Virus record (IMG/VR): IMGVR_UViG_3300046681_000127
Strand: one strand, 5' to 3'
DNA length: 64,000 bases
From: an uncultured virus (IMG/VR IMGVR_UViG_3300046681_000127)
Lineage: Duplodnaviria; Heunggongvirae; Uroviricota; Caudoviricetes
Shown here: one piece after another, positions 18,516-27,288 of the stretch
Position numbering within the stretch: the stretch's first letter is position 1
Layout of the letters: each line of letters starts with the position of its first letter
The notes under the pieces: generated by a model
Seen by the model: the letters and a program-made list of their open reading frames with translations, nothing else
Told to the model about the DNA's origin: nothing
Databases searched by the model: none
Made by a program: the position numbers and the translations under genes

Positions 18516-20210
18516 ATGCCCCGTCCCGTCGACCAGCTACCCCCGGGCGCCAACGACCTGGCGCGCAAGCTGGCCGCACTGACCGCCGAGGTCCGCGAAC
18601 TGCGGGCGGCCAGACGTCTGGCGCATTCGTCCATCGGTGACACGGGGATGAACGTGCAACCTGATGGCACCCTGAGGATCGGCGGCAGCGTCGTCATCAC
18701 CGGCGACCTGGACGTCAGTGGCGACTTCGCCGGCGGCTCCGCCGTCGACTGGGTCAACGTCCAGCACCACGGCGCGACGGGCGACGACTCCACCGACGAC
18801 CTGGCATCGATCCAGAACGCCATCGACGCCTGCCCGGAGGGCGGCGTCGTCTACTTCCCGCCGGGCCAGTACCGGATCTCCTCCGCCCTCATCCTCAAGC
18901 GGAATCGCACCTACCTGGGATCGCACTCGCCGCGCTGGCAGTACCGGGGCGGCTCCCTGTGCGCCATCAAACCGCACGCCACGTTCTTCTCGGACACCAA
19001 GCTCATCCACATCGCCGACAAGGAGATCACCGGCGAGGCGGCGGACTGCGACGGCGGCCGCATCCAGAACCTGGCCGTCCTCGGCCAGAACGTCGGCAGC
19101 GGCGTCGTCGGCGTGCTCTTCGAGGGCCTGGTGCGGGACTGGGAGATCCGGGGCGTCGACTCGTCCAACACCAGCGGCAACGGCTGGCAGACCCTCGGCT
19201 ACGCCTCCGTGGACACCACCACGCACTACCCGCGCGGCCTCGACCTGTACTCCGTCACCAGCTACTCCGCCCACAACAACGGATTCAGCTTCGCCAACCT
19301 CACCGACTCCATGATCTTCGACGCCCTCGCCGTGTCGGCGACCTCCATCGGGTACCTGATCGACAACCCCGGCGAGAGTAAATTCATCGGCTGCCGCAGC
19401 GTGTTCAACGGCTCCGACGGCTTCCGCATCTCCGGGTCGGTCTCGGTCGGCGGCGCCCAGTTCGTGGGCTGCTCCACCGACCGGAACCAGAACTACGGCG
19501 TCAAGGTCACCGCAACCGGCACCCAGCCGATCACCTTCACCGACCTCCTGAACCGCCGCGACGGCAAGAACAGCAACGCCGGCGGTGGCAGCCTCGCGGG
19601 CGTCGGAATTATCGGCACCTCCGGGAACACCGTGTGCCCGGTCGTCATCACCGGGCTCGCGCAGACCGTCGGCATCGACGACGGCGCCACCTCCACCGGC
19701 AACGACAGCCCGCAGTACGGGGTCCGGGCCGAATACGCCCAGCACGTGTCAGTGCGCGGCGCAGCCTGGGGCGTCACCTCCGCCGTCTACGACGGAGGCA
19801 ACAACACCCACCTGGACGCCAGCACGCTGTACCGGCAGAACGGCCTGGCCTCGGCGCACGCGGTCGACACCGCCGTGGTCGGCACCCAGCCCTCCCTCGC
19901 CTCGCAGTCCGGCGCCGGCACCAGCCCGCCCACACCGACGCTGTCCGCGACCGCCGATGACGCCTACGGCGTGGTGAACCTGGGCACCGGCACCAGTCCT
20001 ACCAGCGGCAGCCAGGTCACCGTCACCTTCAACCACACCAAGGCCCGCACCCCAGTCGTCACCGTCTGCGCCGCCAACGCCTCCACCAACGCACGACAGG
20101 TCGGCGTCAGCAACCTGTCCACCACCGGCTTCAACATCACATTCGGCGTCGCCGGCAGTGCCTCACAGTCCACCGGCACCTACCAAGTTGGCTACGCCGT
20201 CCACGACTAG
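18516..20210 (+). CDS. Tailspike with pectate-lyase-like beta-helix
   Basis: VNVQHHGATGD..DD..SIQNAID...VYFPPGQYRI cap motif, then N/G-rich coil repeats. Confidence 0.8.
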   Translation: MPRPVDQLPPGANDLARKLAALTAEVRELRAARRLAHSSIGDTGMNVQPDGTLRIGGSVVITGDLDVSGDFAGGSAVDWVNVQHHGATGDDSTDDLASIQNAIDACPEGGVVYFPPGQYRISSALILKRNRTYLGSHSPRWQYRGGSLCAIKPHATFFSDTKLIHIADKEITGEAADCDGGRIQNLAVLGQNVGSGVVGVLFEGLVRDWEIRGVDSSNTSGNGWQTLGYASVDTTTHYPRGLDLYSVTSYSAHNNGFSFANLTDSMIFDALAVSATSIGYLIDNPGESKFIGCRSVFNGSDGFRISGSVSVGGAQFVGCSTDRNQNYGVKVTATGTQPITFTDLLNRRDGKNSNAGGGSLAGVGIIGTSGNTVCPVVITGLAQTVGIDDGATSTGNDSPQYGVRAEYAQHVSVRGAAWGVTSAVYDGGNNTHLDASTLYRQNGLASAHAVDTAVVGTQPSLASQSGAGTSPPTPTLSATADDAYGVVNLGTGTSPTSGSQVTVTFNHTKARTPVVTVCAANASTNARQVGVSNLSTTGFNITFGVAGSASQSTGTYQVGYAVHD

Positions 20211-20253
20211 CTCCGCCACCCACCCCTCGGCCGCCCAGCCCAGGGGCTTTCGT

Positions 20254-21108
20254 ATGCCCCATCACGCCCTTCCGGAGCCACCCTTGTCCGTAATCGTCAC
20301 CCGCCATATCGAAGAGCATCCCGGCGCCGGCAGACTCGGCCGCCACGTTGAGCACGACGACCGGTCGCGCGCCTTCGCCCTGTCCGCAGACCTGTTGACG
20401 GGCTCGTACAAGACCGTCACCCACACCGTCAACGCGCCCGTGCTGGACCAGGGCGACGTTGGCGCCTGCACCGGATTCGGCACCGAGGCATGCGTCTCCG
20501 GCGATCCCTTCTACGCCGCGATCCCCACCACGGTGAAGGCCCGGCCGACCTTGAGCGCGGATGCCGACAACCAGCAGGCCCTCGCGTTGTACGGAGCGGC
20601 GACGAAGCTCGACAACATCACCGGCACTTACCCGCCCGACGACACCGGCTCGACCGGGCTCGCCGCCGCGAAGGCCGCGCAGAAGGCCGGGCTGATCTCC
20701 GGCTACCAGCACGCATTCAGCCTGGACGCCGCCCTCAAGGCCCTCGGTACGTTCCCCGTCATCACAGGCGTCGGCTGGTACGAGGGCTTCGACAACCCCG
20801 ACGCCAGCGGCCGTGTGAAGATCTCCGGCTCCGTCCGTGGCGGCCACGAGTTCTGTGTGTACGGCATCGACGCCGAGCAGCAGCTCGTCTGGGCCCGGAA
20901 CTCCTGGGGCACCTCCTGGGGAGTCAACGGCTGCTTCGCCTTCTCTTGGGACGACTGGGGGCGCCTCCTCTCCGAGCAGGGTGACGTGACGGTCTTCGTG
21001 CCGCTCACCGCTCCGGCGCCCACTCCGACACCCGCTCCCACGCCAGCTTCGGTCGACGCCGCGCTCGCCAAGGCCGCCCGCGCATGGCTCACCGCGAAGG
21101 GACTCTGA
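20254..21108 (+). CDS. Papain-like (C1) cysteine peptidase
   Basis: DQGDVGACTGF (Q, C), GGHEF (H), RNSWG (N). Confidence 0.85.
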   Translation: MPHHALPEPPLSVIVTRHIEEHPGAGRLGRHVEHDDRSRAFALSADLLTGSYKTVTHTVNAPVLDQGDVGACTGFGTEACVSGDPFYAAIPTTVKARPTLSADADNQQALALYGAATKLDNITGTYPPDDTGSTGLAAAKAAQKAGLISGYQHAFSLDAALKALGTFPVITGVGWYEGFDNPDASGRVKISGSVRGGHEFCVYGIDAEQQLVWARNSWGTSWGVNGCFAFSWDDWGRLLSEQGDVTVFVPLTAPAPTPTPAPTPASVDAALAKAARAWLTAKGL

Positions 21109-21109
21109 C

Positions 21110-21973
21110 ATGCCTGACCTGTGGATGCCCGGCGCCATCAAGGCCGACATCGGCGGCCACGCCCCGACCGATGCGAAGTACCCGGCGAAGGCGATTGCGC
21201 ATGTGACGTGGGATCGGAGCGCGTCCGCCAAGGCCCCCGTAGACCTGGTGCCGTTCGCGAACCTCAAAAGCTACTTCACCGGCGGCGGCTCTGGCGTGGC
21301 CCCCCACATTCTGTGGGACGTGTTCACCGGGACCTTCGCCCAGTTCTACCCGGCCGACTCCCGCTCCAAGTCCGTCGTGGACCTCGTCGGCGGCACCCGC
21401 ACCAACCGGGCGGGCAAGGTCGTCATCCAGATCGAGGCCCTGTTCTTCCCGTACTGCCGGGTCGACGGCAAGGTCTACCCGACACTGGCCAGCACTCCCT
21501 GTCTGGGCTGGGACAAGCTGAACGCCTGGGTGAAGTCGTGGGGCGTGCCGAACGCCTGGCCCATGGGCCTCCCGACGGACTTCACCCCGCATCGCAGCGA
21601 GCACGTCTGGGAGACCGAGGGCGGCTGGTACGGCCACTCGCAAGTCCCGGAGAACAATCATGTCGATCCGGGCTCGTGGCCAGCGTTCGTCTCGCCGCCG
21701 AAGCCTGTCGTCTCCCCGGTGAAGTACGAGCCGTTCCCCGGCGCCGCGTTCTTCCACACCGGCAAGAAGTCTCCGATCATCGCCGCGATGCACAGGCGGC
21801 TCGTCGCCGAGGGCTGCAACCACTACCAGAGCTCGGCCAATGCCGACGTCTGGGGCGCTGGTGACGACCGCAGCTATGCCGCGTGGCAGCGGAAGCTCGG
21901 GTACTCCGGCAGCGGCGCCGACGGCACCCCCGGCAAGACCTCCTGGTCAAAACTGCACGTCCCGAACGTCTGA
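21110..21973 (+). CDS. Endolysin (amidase plus peptidoglycan-binding domain)
   Basis: AH..W, GHSQVPENNHVDPG; C-terminal WQRKLG..ADGTPG..W. Confidence 0.88.
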   Translation: MPDLWMPGAIKADIGGHAPTDAKYPAKAIAHVTWDRSASAKAPVDLVPFANLKSYFTGGGSGVAPHILWDVFTGTFAQFYPADSRSKSVVDLVGGTRTNRAGKVVIQIEALFFPYCRVDGKVYPTLASTPCLGWDKLNAWVKSWGVPNAWPMGLPTDFTPHRSEHVWETEGGWYGHSQVPENNHVDPGSWPAFVSPPKPVVSPVKYEPFPGAAFFHTGKKSPIIAAMHRRLVAEGCNHYQSSANADVWGAGDDRSYAAWQRKLGYSGSGADGTPGKTSWSKLHVPNV

Positions 21974-21998
21974 TCTTTCACCGAACTGGAGTGCCATC

Positions 21999-22313
21999 AT
22001 GGGCGTCTCAACCACACAGGCCGTGATCGGCCTGCTCATCTCCACCGTCCTGCCGATCCTCGTCGGCCTCGTCACCACCAGACTCACCAGCTCCGCCCTC
22101 AAGAGCCTGCTGCTCATCGTGTTCACCGCCGCGAACGGCTTCCTCAACGAGTGGGCCGCGGCCGGCGACCACTACCAGCTCGGCGTCGGGGTCCTGTACT
22201 GGATCGTGTCCCTCGTGACCGCGATCGCCGTGCACTACGGGGCATGGCAGCCGCTCGGTGTGGCCCGCAAGGCGCAGGACTCCCTGCGCACCGCCCGCCC
22301 CTCGGGCGCCTGA
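21999..22313 (+). CDS. Holin
   Basis: Three hydrophobic segments directly after the endolysin. Confidence 0.75.
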   Translation: MGVSTTQAVIGLLISTVLPILVGLVTTRLTSSALKSLLLIVFTAANGFLNEWAAAGDHYQLGVGVLYWIVSLVTAIAVHYGAWQPLGVARKAQDSLRTARPSGA

Positions 22314-22344
22314 TCCCGCCCCATGCAAGCGGCTCGGAGAGCGT

Positions 22345-22611
22345 ATGGACGCCGCCACGGTCACGGCGATAGCCGCACTCATCGGCTCGTCGCTGGCCGG
22401 TGCCGGCGCCTTGTACGGCCACCGGGTCGCAGGGCGGTCCCAGCGGGAGGGCGGAGTCATCGGCGGCTACAACACGCTGACCAACGAGCTCCAAGAGGAG
22501 CGCAAAGAGCTGATCGCCGAGGTGCGAACCGTGCGCGCTGAACTAGCAGCTGAACGGCTGGAGTCCGCGCGCTTGCGCCTGAAGGTGGCACAGCTCGGGG
22601 GGCATCCGTGA
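22345..22611 (+). CDS. Membrane protein with coiled coil (lysis accessory)
   Basis: N-terminal transmembrane segment plus heptad region. Confidence 0.65.
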   Translation: MDAATVTAIAALIGSSLAGAGALYGHRVAGRSQREGGVIGGYNTLTNELQEERKELIAEVRTVRAELAAERLESARLRLKVAQLGGHP

Positions 22612-23321
22612 CGCGCACGGAGCGCCTGTTCGCCCGACGCCGCTCAATGCTCGCCCTGGTGGCGGTGCTGCTGTTCCTCACCGCGGCGGTGGCTCTCGGC
22701 TGGCTGAAGATACAGACCGAGTCCCACCGCGCCGACCAACTCGCTACCGAGGCGGACCTTCGCGGCAACGCCGTGTCCACGCTGGCTGGGGATGTGCGGG
22801 CACTGCGGCAGCAGGTCAAGGCCAAGGGCGACACCCCGGTCGCCCCGGACCCGACGAAGGCCGTGCCGTCGCTGTCGTCCCGGGCCGAGGTGCCGGTACC
22901 GATACCCGGGCCGCCGGGGCCACCCGGACCGGCCGGGGCTTCCGGGAAGCCAGCACCGACCATCACCCCGTCGCCCGGCGCGTCAGGGGCCCCCGGCGGT
23001 GCCGGCGTCCCAGGTTCAGCGGGCAGTCCCGGTCCGGCCGGCGCCCAGGGCGATCCCGGGCCGGCAGGGGTCGACGGCAAGGACGGATCCGACGGGACCA
23101 ACGGCTCCCCGCCCGCTGGCTGGGCGTACACAGACCCGCAGGGCGTCGAGTACGACTGCGAGCCGGTCGCCGACTTCGACCCCAACTCGCCCCGCTACAC
23201 CTGCTCGCCGACCACCCCCGCCCCGACGGATTCCCCGTCGCCGAACAAGGGCCTGCTCGGGGTGGGTGCGCTTTCCCTGACCGCCGCCTACCGCAAGTTG
23301 GGAGCGCATCGTGCCAACTGA
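22608..23321 (+). CDS. Membrane-anchored collagen-like protein
   Basis: Transmembrane segment, coiled coil, Gly-X-Y repeats. Confidence 0.75.
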   Translation: MTRTERLFARRRSMLALVAVLLFLTAAVALGWLKIQTESHRADQLATEADLRGNAVSTLAGDVRALRQQVKAKGDTPVAPDPTKAVPSLSSRAEVPVPIPGPPGPPGPAGASGKPAPTITPSPGASGAPGGAGVPGSAGSPGPAGAQGDPGPAGVDGKDGSDGTNGSPPAGWAYTDPQGVEYDCEPVADFDPNSPRYTCSPTTPAPTDSPSPNKGLLGVGALSLTAAYRKLGAHRAN

Positions 23322-23529
23322 CTCCGGCTGGCGCATCGACGTCCACGGCCCACCGTCGGAGGCGGACGTCATCCCGATCGCCGACCTGATGGAGCACGAG
23401 CCCGGCCCGGGCTGCCCGTGCGACCCGCGCTGGAGCCTCGTCGCCTGCAAGGACGGCACGGCGGCCAGCATGTTCACGCACAACGCCGTCGACCGGCGCG
23501 AGCTGGCCGAGCAGGACCACGGAGCCTGA
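23311..23529 (+). CDS. Small Cys/His protein
   Basis: EH...CPCDP...HNA.D; overlaps upstream gene. Confidence 0.6.
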   Translation: MPTDSGWRIDVHGPPSEADVIPIADLMEHEPGPGCPCDPRWSLVACKDGTAASMFTHNAVDRRELAEQDHGA

Positions 23530-23605
23530 TCACCCGCATCTACTACCGCGCTTAGTCGTTGATCCACATGACCCGACAATCGCACCGGTAGAGGGGGTGA
23601 TTCCC

Positions 23606-23656
23606 GTGCTGGACCTTCTCATCAACCTCGTGGTCACGCTCAGCGTGTACCTCTGA
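23606..23656 (+). CDS. 16-aa hydrophobic peptide MLDLLINLVVTLSVYL
   Basis: RBS GGGGGTG upstream and a strong hairpin downstream. Confidence 0.45.
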   Translation: MLDLLINLVVTLSVYL

Positions 23657-23670
23657 ACGCGCGCACCGAC

Positions 23671-23709
23671 GCCCCCGCTTCTGGCCCTTTTCGGGCTGGA
23701 GGCGGGGGC
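23671..23709. terminator. Strong stem-loop
   Basis: GCCCCCGCTTC...GAGGCGGGGGC. Confidence 0.65.
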
Positions 23710-23834
23710 ATCGTGTCGCTCTCAGGCAATTACCGCCCCTGACCAGCCAGTTCGCGTAGAATTACAGCATGAGTGAGCCCCCGGATGCGACTACATCCGA
23801 GGGCTCTAGCGATCACCTAGCTAGGAGGTGTCGC

Positions 23835-24368
23835 GTGGGTGAGCGTACCTGCTCCATGCGCGGATGTAAGATCAAAGTGGTAGCGCGAGGTTTGTGCCAG
23901 CGGCACTACCAGCGAGCGAGAGCCGCCAAGACACTGCCGCCCCAGCAGCTCGAGATCCCTTTGAAGCCGGTGCATTCGCTCACCAACATCAAGCACGGCG
24001 AACTGACCGGAGACTGCGCCGTATGTGGCCCCGAGATCCCAATCAGGGTCCGCAAAGGGCGCGGCGCAGAGTGCGGCCGAAAGTCGCGCAGAGGCAAGAA
24101 CAAGAAACCGCTCACGCCGCAGCAGCGACGCGCCTACTGGCTGATCGAGAAGTATGGGCTGACGCTTGAACGGTTCGAGGCGATGGCTGATCTTCAGGAT
24201 GGACGTTGTCTCATATGCAGATCAGTTCCAGAGCTGCTGGTCGTTGATCACTGCCATAAGACCGGGCGAGTCCGGGGGCTCCTCTGCCGCGAGTGCAACC
24301 TGGCTCTTGGCTACCTTAAAGATCGACCTGAGCGAGCCATGGCAGCGGCTGAGTATCTGACGCCATAG
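23835..24368 (+). CDS. Endonuclease VII-domain protein
   Basis: KYGLT...QDGRCLIC...VVDHCHKTGRVRGLLCRECN..LG; N-terminal ARGLC..HY; RBS AGGAGG. Confidence 0.9.
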   Translation: MGERTCSMRGCKIKVVARGLCQRHYQRARAAKTLPPQQLEIPLKPVHSLTNIKHGELTGDCAVCGPEIPIRVRKGRGAECGRKSRRGKNKKPLTPQQRRAYWLIEKYGLTLERFEAMADLQDGRCLICRSVPELLVVDHCHKTGRVRGLLCRECNLALGYLKDRPERAMAAAEYLTP

Positions 24369-24386
24369 TCGATGCCAGCGGCCCAC

Positions 24387-24408
24387 TGTCAGTGCCGGAT
24401 GCCACGCT
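24387..24408 (+). promoter_or_regulatory. RecA-NDp-like DNA-damage promoter
   Basis: TGTCAG-N10-CACGCT. Confidence 0.55.
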
Positions 24409-24414
24409 GTCCAC

Positions 24415-24683
24415 GGCTGAACGCGCAGCCGCCCACGGGCATCGCGCGGAGTGTGGCCCCACCTGGAGAGCCGGGCGGGGCCACACGGACGTGGCGGCGG
24501 TACGCTGGGCCTGCGGCATCCGGGTGTGAGGCCCGGCGCGCGTGACTCGCTCCGTTCCAGCGAGAGGTGGCCCGTCTGCCCGCAAGGGAGACGGAGGACC
24601 CCTGTGCCGCACTGGCCCGCCGACGTACCCTTGGGTGACCGCCCCGTCGGGGGGCGGCGCACCATCAAGTCCTGTCGGAGGAC
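24415..24683 (+). ncRNA. Putative structured RNA or long 5' leader
   Basis: At least seven hairpins, including a GCAA tetraloop, plus long-range pairings; no convincing ORF. Confidence 0.5.
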
Positions 24684-24686
24684 ACT

Positions 24687-25040
24687 ATGGCCCTGAGTCG
24701 TATCGCGGCGTGGCACGCCGAAGAGATCCGCAACCACGACTGGTCCGACGCCCCCTGGCGCCTCGACCGCGCCGGCCACAACCTGATCCAGGACACCAAG
24801 AGCAGCAAGGCTCTCGACGGAGACGAAACCCGCCGCGTCCGCACCAACGTCATGTGGGTGACCGCGCAAGTACTCGCCTATGCCGACCCGAACTTCGACG
24901 TCTACGAGTTCGCCGAGGCGTGCGGTGTCGAAACGAAGACTCGGAGGGGGAGCCTGGACGGCACCATCTCCGCTGGACTCCGCCGCGGCGACGACGGCCG
25001 CTACTGCCGACCCGGCACATGGGAGTACGACCCCGAGTAA
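24687..25040 (+). CDS. Hypothetical protein
   Basis: RBS GGAGG, typical codon usage, downstream hairpin. Confidence 0.75.
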   Translation: MALSRIAAWHAEEIRNHDWSDAPWRLDRAGHNLIQDTKSSKALDGDETRRVRTNVMWVTAQVLAYADPNFDVYEFAEACGVETKTRRGSLDGTISAGLRRGDDGRYCRPGTWEYDPE

Positions 25041-25129
25041 GCGGCGGGGTTGGAGTCCACCCTAGACAGGCGATACCCCCGCACGGCTCAGGCCGGCGGG
25101 GGCTTCTTGTTGTCATGGTGGGCCGGATG

Positions 25130-25270
25130 TCCTGTTCATCAATCGGTCGTTAACCCGAACCTGAACACAGGCACGCCGAACTCCCCGATCGTGCACCCCA
25201 GTTGTTCATTAACTCGTTCATCTATCTGCTACTGTTCAGATAGGTAGTGACTACGTTTGATGAATAAAGG
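25130..25270. promoter_or_regulatory. Probable res site / resolvase promoter
   Basis: AT-rich, with repeated GTTCA(T) and TGAA elements directly upstream of the resolvase. Confidence 0.5.
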
Positions 25271-25279
25271 AGGAGTTGG

Positions 25280-25918
25280 ATGGCCCTCGTTGGCCTCGTC
25301 CGAGTCAGCACCGACAAGCAGAACACCCAACGGCAGCACGATGCGCTCGACTCGATCTGCCTCAAGGTCTTCGAAGAGAAGATGAGCGGCAAGCTCCGCG
25401 CCGAAGAGCGCCCAGCCCTCATGGCCGCCATCGAGTACGTGCGCGAGGGCGACATGCTCTGCGTGCAGGAAGTCGACCGACTCGGCCGCAACCTCCTCGA
25501 AGGACTGATCGTCCTCAACGACCTCTTCGAGCGAGGCATCTCCGTCAAAGTCCTGGAAGGCATCGCGGCCGGCGAGCACATGGAGCGCTCGCTGATCCTC
25601 GACCTCGCGCTGGCTCTCGCGGAAGACCGGCGCCGGGACATCGTCAAGAAGACGAAGAGCGGCCTGGAAGCCGCCCGCAAGCGTGGCCGCATCGGAGGAC
25701 GCAAGCCCGTCATGACCGAGGCGCTCACCATTCAGGCTGCAGCCCTGCGCGCAGAGGGCTTCACCATCCGGCAGATCCAGCCGCACCTACGGATCGCGGA
25801 GGGTGCGAGCAAGGGGAAGAACCCCAGCGTGGGCGCCATCTCCCAAGCCCTTCGGGAGCACGGCGTCAAGCGCGCTGAGTCAGTCACCGTCACGACGGCA
25901 GCGGCGACTGCGAAGTGA
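25280..25918 (+). CDS. Small serine recombinase (resolvase/invertase family)
   Basis: RVST..Q...Q, DRLGRN, G..AAR.RGRIGGRK motifs. Confidence 0.92.
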   Translation: MALVGLVRVSTDKQNTQRQHDALDSICLKVFEEKMSGKLRAEERPALMAAIEYVREGDMLCVQEVDRLGRNLLEGLIVLNDLFERGISVKVLEGIAAGEHMERSLILDLALALAEDRRRDIVKKTKSGLEAARKRGRIGGRKPVMTEALTIQAAALRAEGFTIRQIQPHLRIAEGASKGKNPSVGAISQALREHGVKRAESVTVTTAAATAK

Positions 25919-25973
25919 CGAGAGGTCCGACACGGCATCCGATGACCTCGGCCTTTGATCAAGGGGGAGCCTC

Positions 25974-26294
25974 ATGAAGTCGAACCGCCCTCGGGTGCGC
26001 CTGACGGCTGGCGGCCCCGACTGGGAGACGCGGCAAGCAACCAAGAACCCGCCGCAGCGGCCCTCGAAGAAGCAGCGGGCCACGCAGAGGGCGCTGGGGG
26101 CCTACCTGTTCGCACTGGAGGATGCGTTGCGGCGCGGGGATCTGAAGGAGGCTCGGGCGATGCGCGCGGCCGCATGGGATCAGGTGGGGCTCCTGCCGCC
26201 GCATCTGACATGGGAGCAGCGGAGAACCCTAGGGAAATTCAAGGTGTTGCTGCGAGCGGCCGAACAGCAGGCCCGCCAACGTCGAGCCCGTTAG
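25974..26294 (+). CDS. Basic hypothetical protein
   Basis: RBS GGGGAG, 106 aa. Confidence 0.6.
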   Translation: MKSNRPRVRLTAGGPDWETRQATKNPPQRPSKKQRATQRALGAYLFALEDALRRGDLKEARAMRAAAWDQVGLLPPHLTWEQRRTLGKFKVLLRAAEQQARQRRAR

Positions 26295-26306
26295 CCTGCT
26301 CCACCC

Positions 26307-26696
26307 TCACGGCTCCGGTCGGCACACCCCGCAAGCCTCCGTGTCCTCGAACCGCAGCATCGTGCGTGCCTCCCGCGCGTCCGGGATGGGTGTGACGATG
26401 ACTCCGGGGCGCTGGTTGATGGACCAGCATCCGGCGACGTGGAGTTCGAGCCGTGGCTTCCCGTCGACCGGTGGCAGCCCGTTGTCGACGACGTACCGCA
26501 CCTCGGCCTGCTCCCGCTCGGTGGGCACCCCGCCGTACTCCTCCCCGTCGACCGGCGTCACGGCCCCGGCGGGTACCTCGACCGCGACCTCGTACCACCA
26601 GCCGTCGGCCCGCTGCCGTCGCGCGTGGAGCCGCCCGTTGATGACCGTGCCGTCGGGGAGGGTGACGGTGATGCGCGGGGGTGGTTGTTCGCTCAC
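26307..26696 (-). CDS. DUF6233-like protein, leaderless
   Basis: LH..GCW...CGVCRPE C-terminus; -10 TACACT 7 nt before GTG. Confidence 0.7.
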   Translation of the reverse strand: MSEQPPPRITVTLPDGTVINGRLHARRQRADGWWYEVAVEVPAGAVTPVDGEEYGGVPTEREQAEVRYVVDNGLPPVDGKPRLELHVAGCWSINQRPGVIVTPIPDAREARTMLRFEDTEACGVCRPEP

Positions 26697-26704
26697 ATGT
26701 TCGA
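26689..26704 (-). promoter_or_regulatory. LexA (SOS) box
   Basis: TCGAAC-ATGT-GAGCGA matches actinobacterial TCGAAC-N4-GNNCGA and overlaps the start codon. Confidence 0.65.
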
Positions 26705-26888
26705 GTGTAGGTCGTGGTGCGCGAGTCGCCATCGAGCGTCTCGACGGCTATTACGGAGGGGCGTCGCCACTCGCGCCATTCACCTTGCGGGGGTGGGCAG
26801 TTGTCGCACCCCGGGGACTAGACGCGATGACAACTCCCAGGATATCTTTAGATCAATAGTTATCTTTGGATCTAAGGATGGATACTCC

Positions 26889-27281
26889 ATGAGCGTTACA
26901 AGTGTGATCCCCGACCCGGAGACCTTCGAGGTCGAGACCTGGGACGAACTCCGCAAGGCCGTCGAAGACGCAGGCGGCGTCCTCCGCATCTACATGGGCC
27001 ACCTCCGGAACCTCGCCGCCGCTGGACGCCTCGGCATCAACGTCCGCAACGACATCAGCCGACGCCTCGCCGGAGCAGGTCTCGGTCACCTCCCCGCCGA
27101 ACTGCCGCCCTACCAGGAGAACGAGGTCGTCCTCTACCAGCTCGGCACCCCCGCCGCCGATGTCGTCGAGGCAGTCCGAGGTGACAACTTCTCCCGCGCC
27201 GAGAACGCCCTGCGCCGCTTGAACACCAAGGGCGACGCCGAGAAGCTCGCCGCTATCGCCGCCATCATCAACGGGGAGTGA
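26889..27281 (+). CDS. Hypothetical protein
   Basis: Good codon usage; AT-rich repeated site upstream. Confidence 0.7.
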   Translation: MSVTSVIPDPETFEVETWDELRKAVEDAGGVLRIYMGHLRNLAAAGRLGINVRNDISRRLAGAGLGHLPAELPPYQENEVVLYQLGTPAADVVEAVRGDNFSRAENALRRLNTKGDAEKLAAIAAIINGE

Positions 27282-27288
27282 GGACGCC

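Noticed and set aside
24367..24380. AGTCGATGCCAG resembling part of the raiA-motif RNA
   Set aside because: Other conserved raiA segments are absent, and it lies upstream of the predicted transcription start
25040..26300. Tn3-like transposon around the resolvase
   Set aside because: No transposase, terminal inverted repeats or target duplication found
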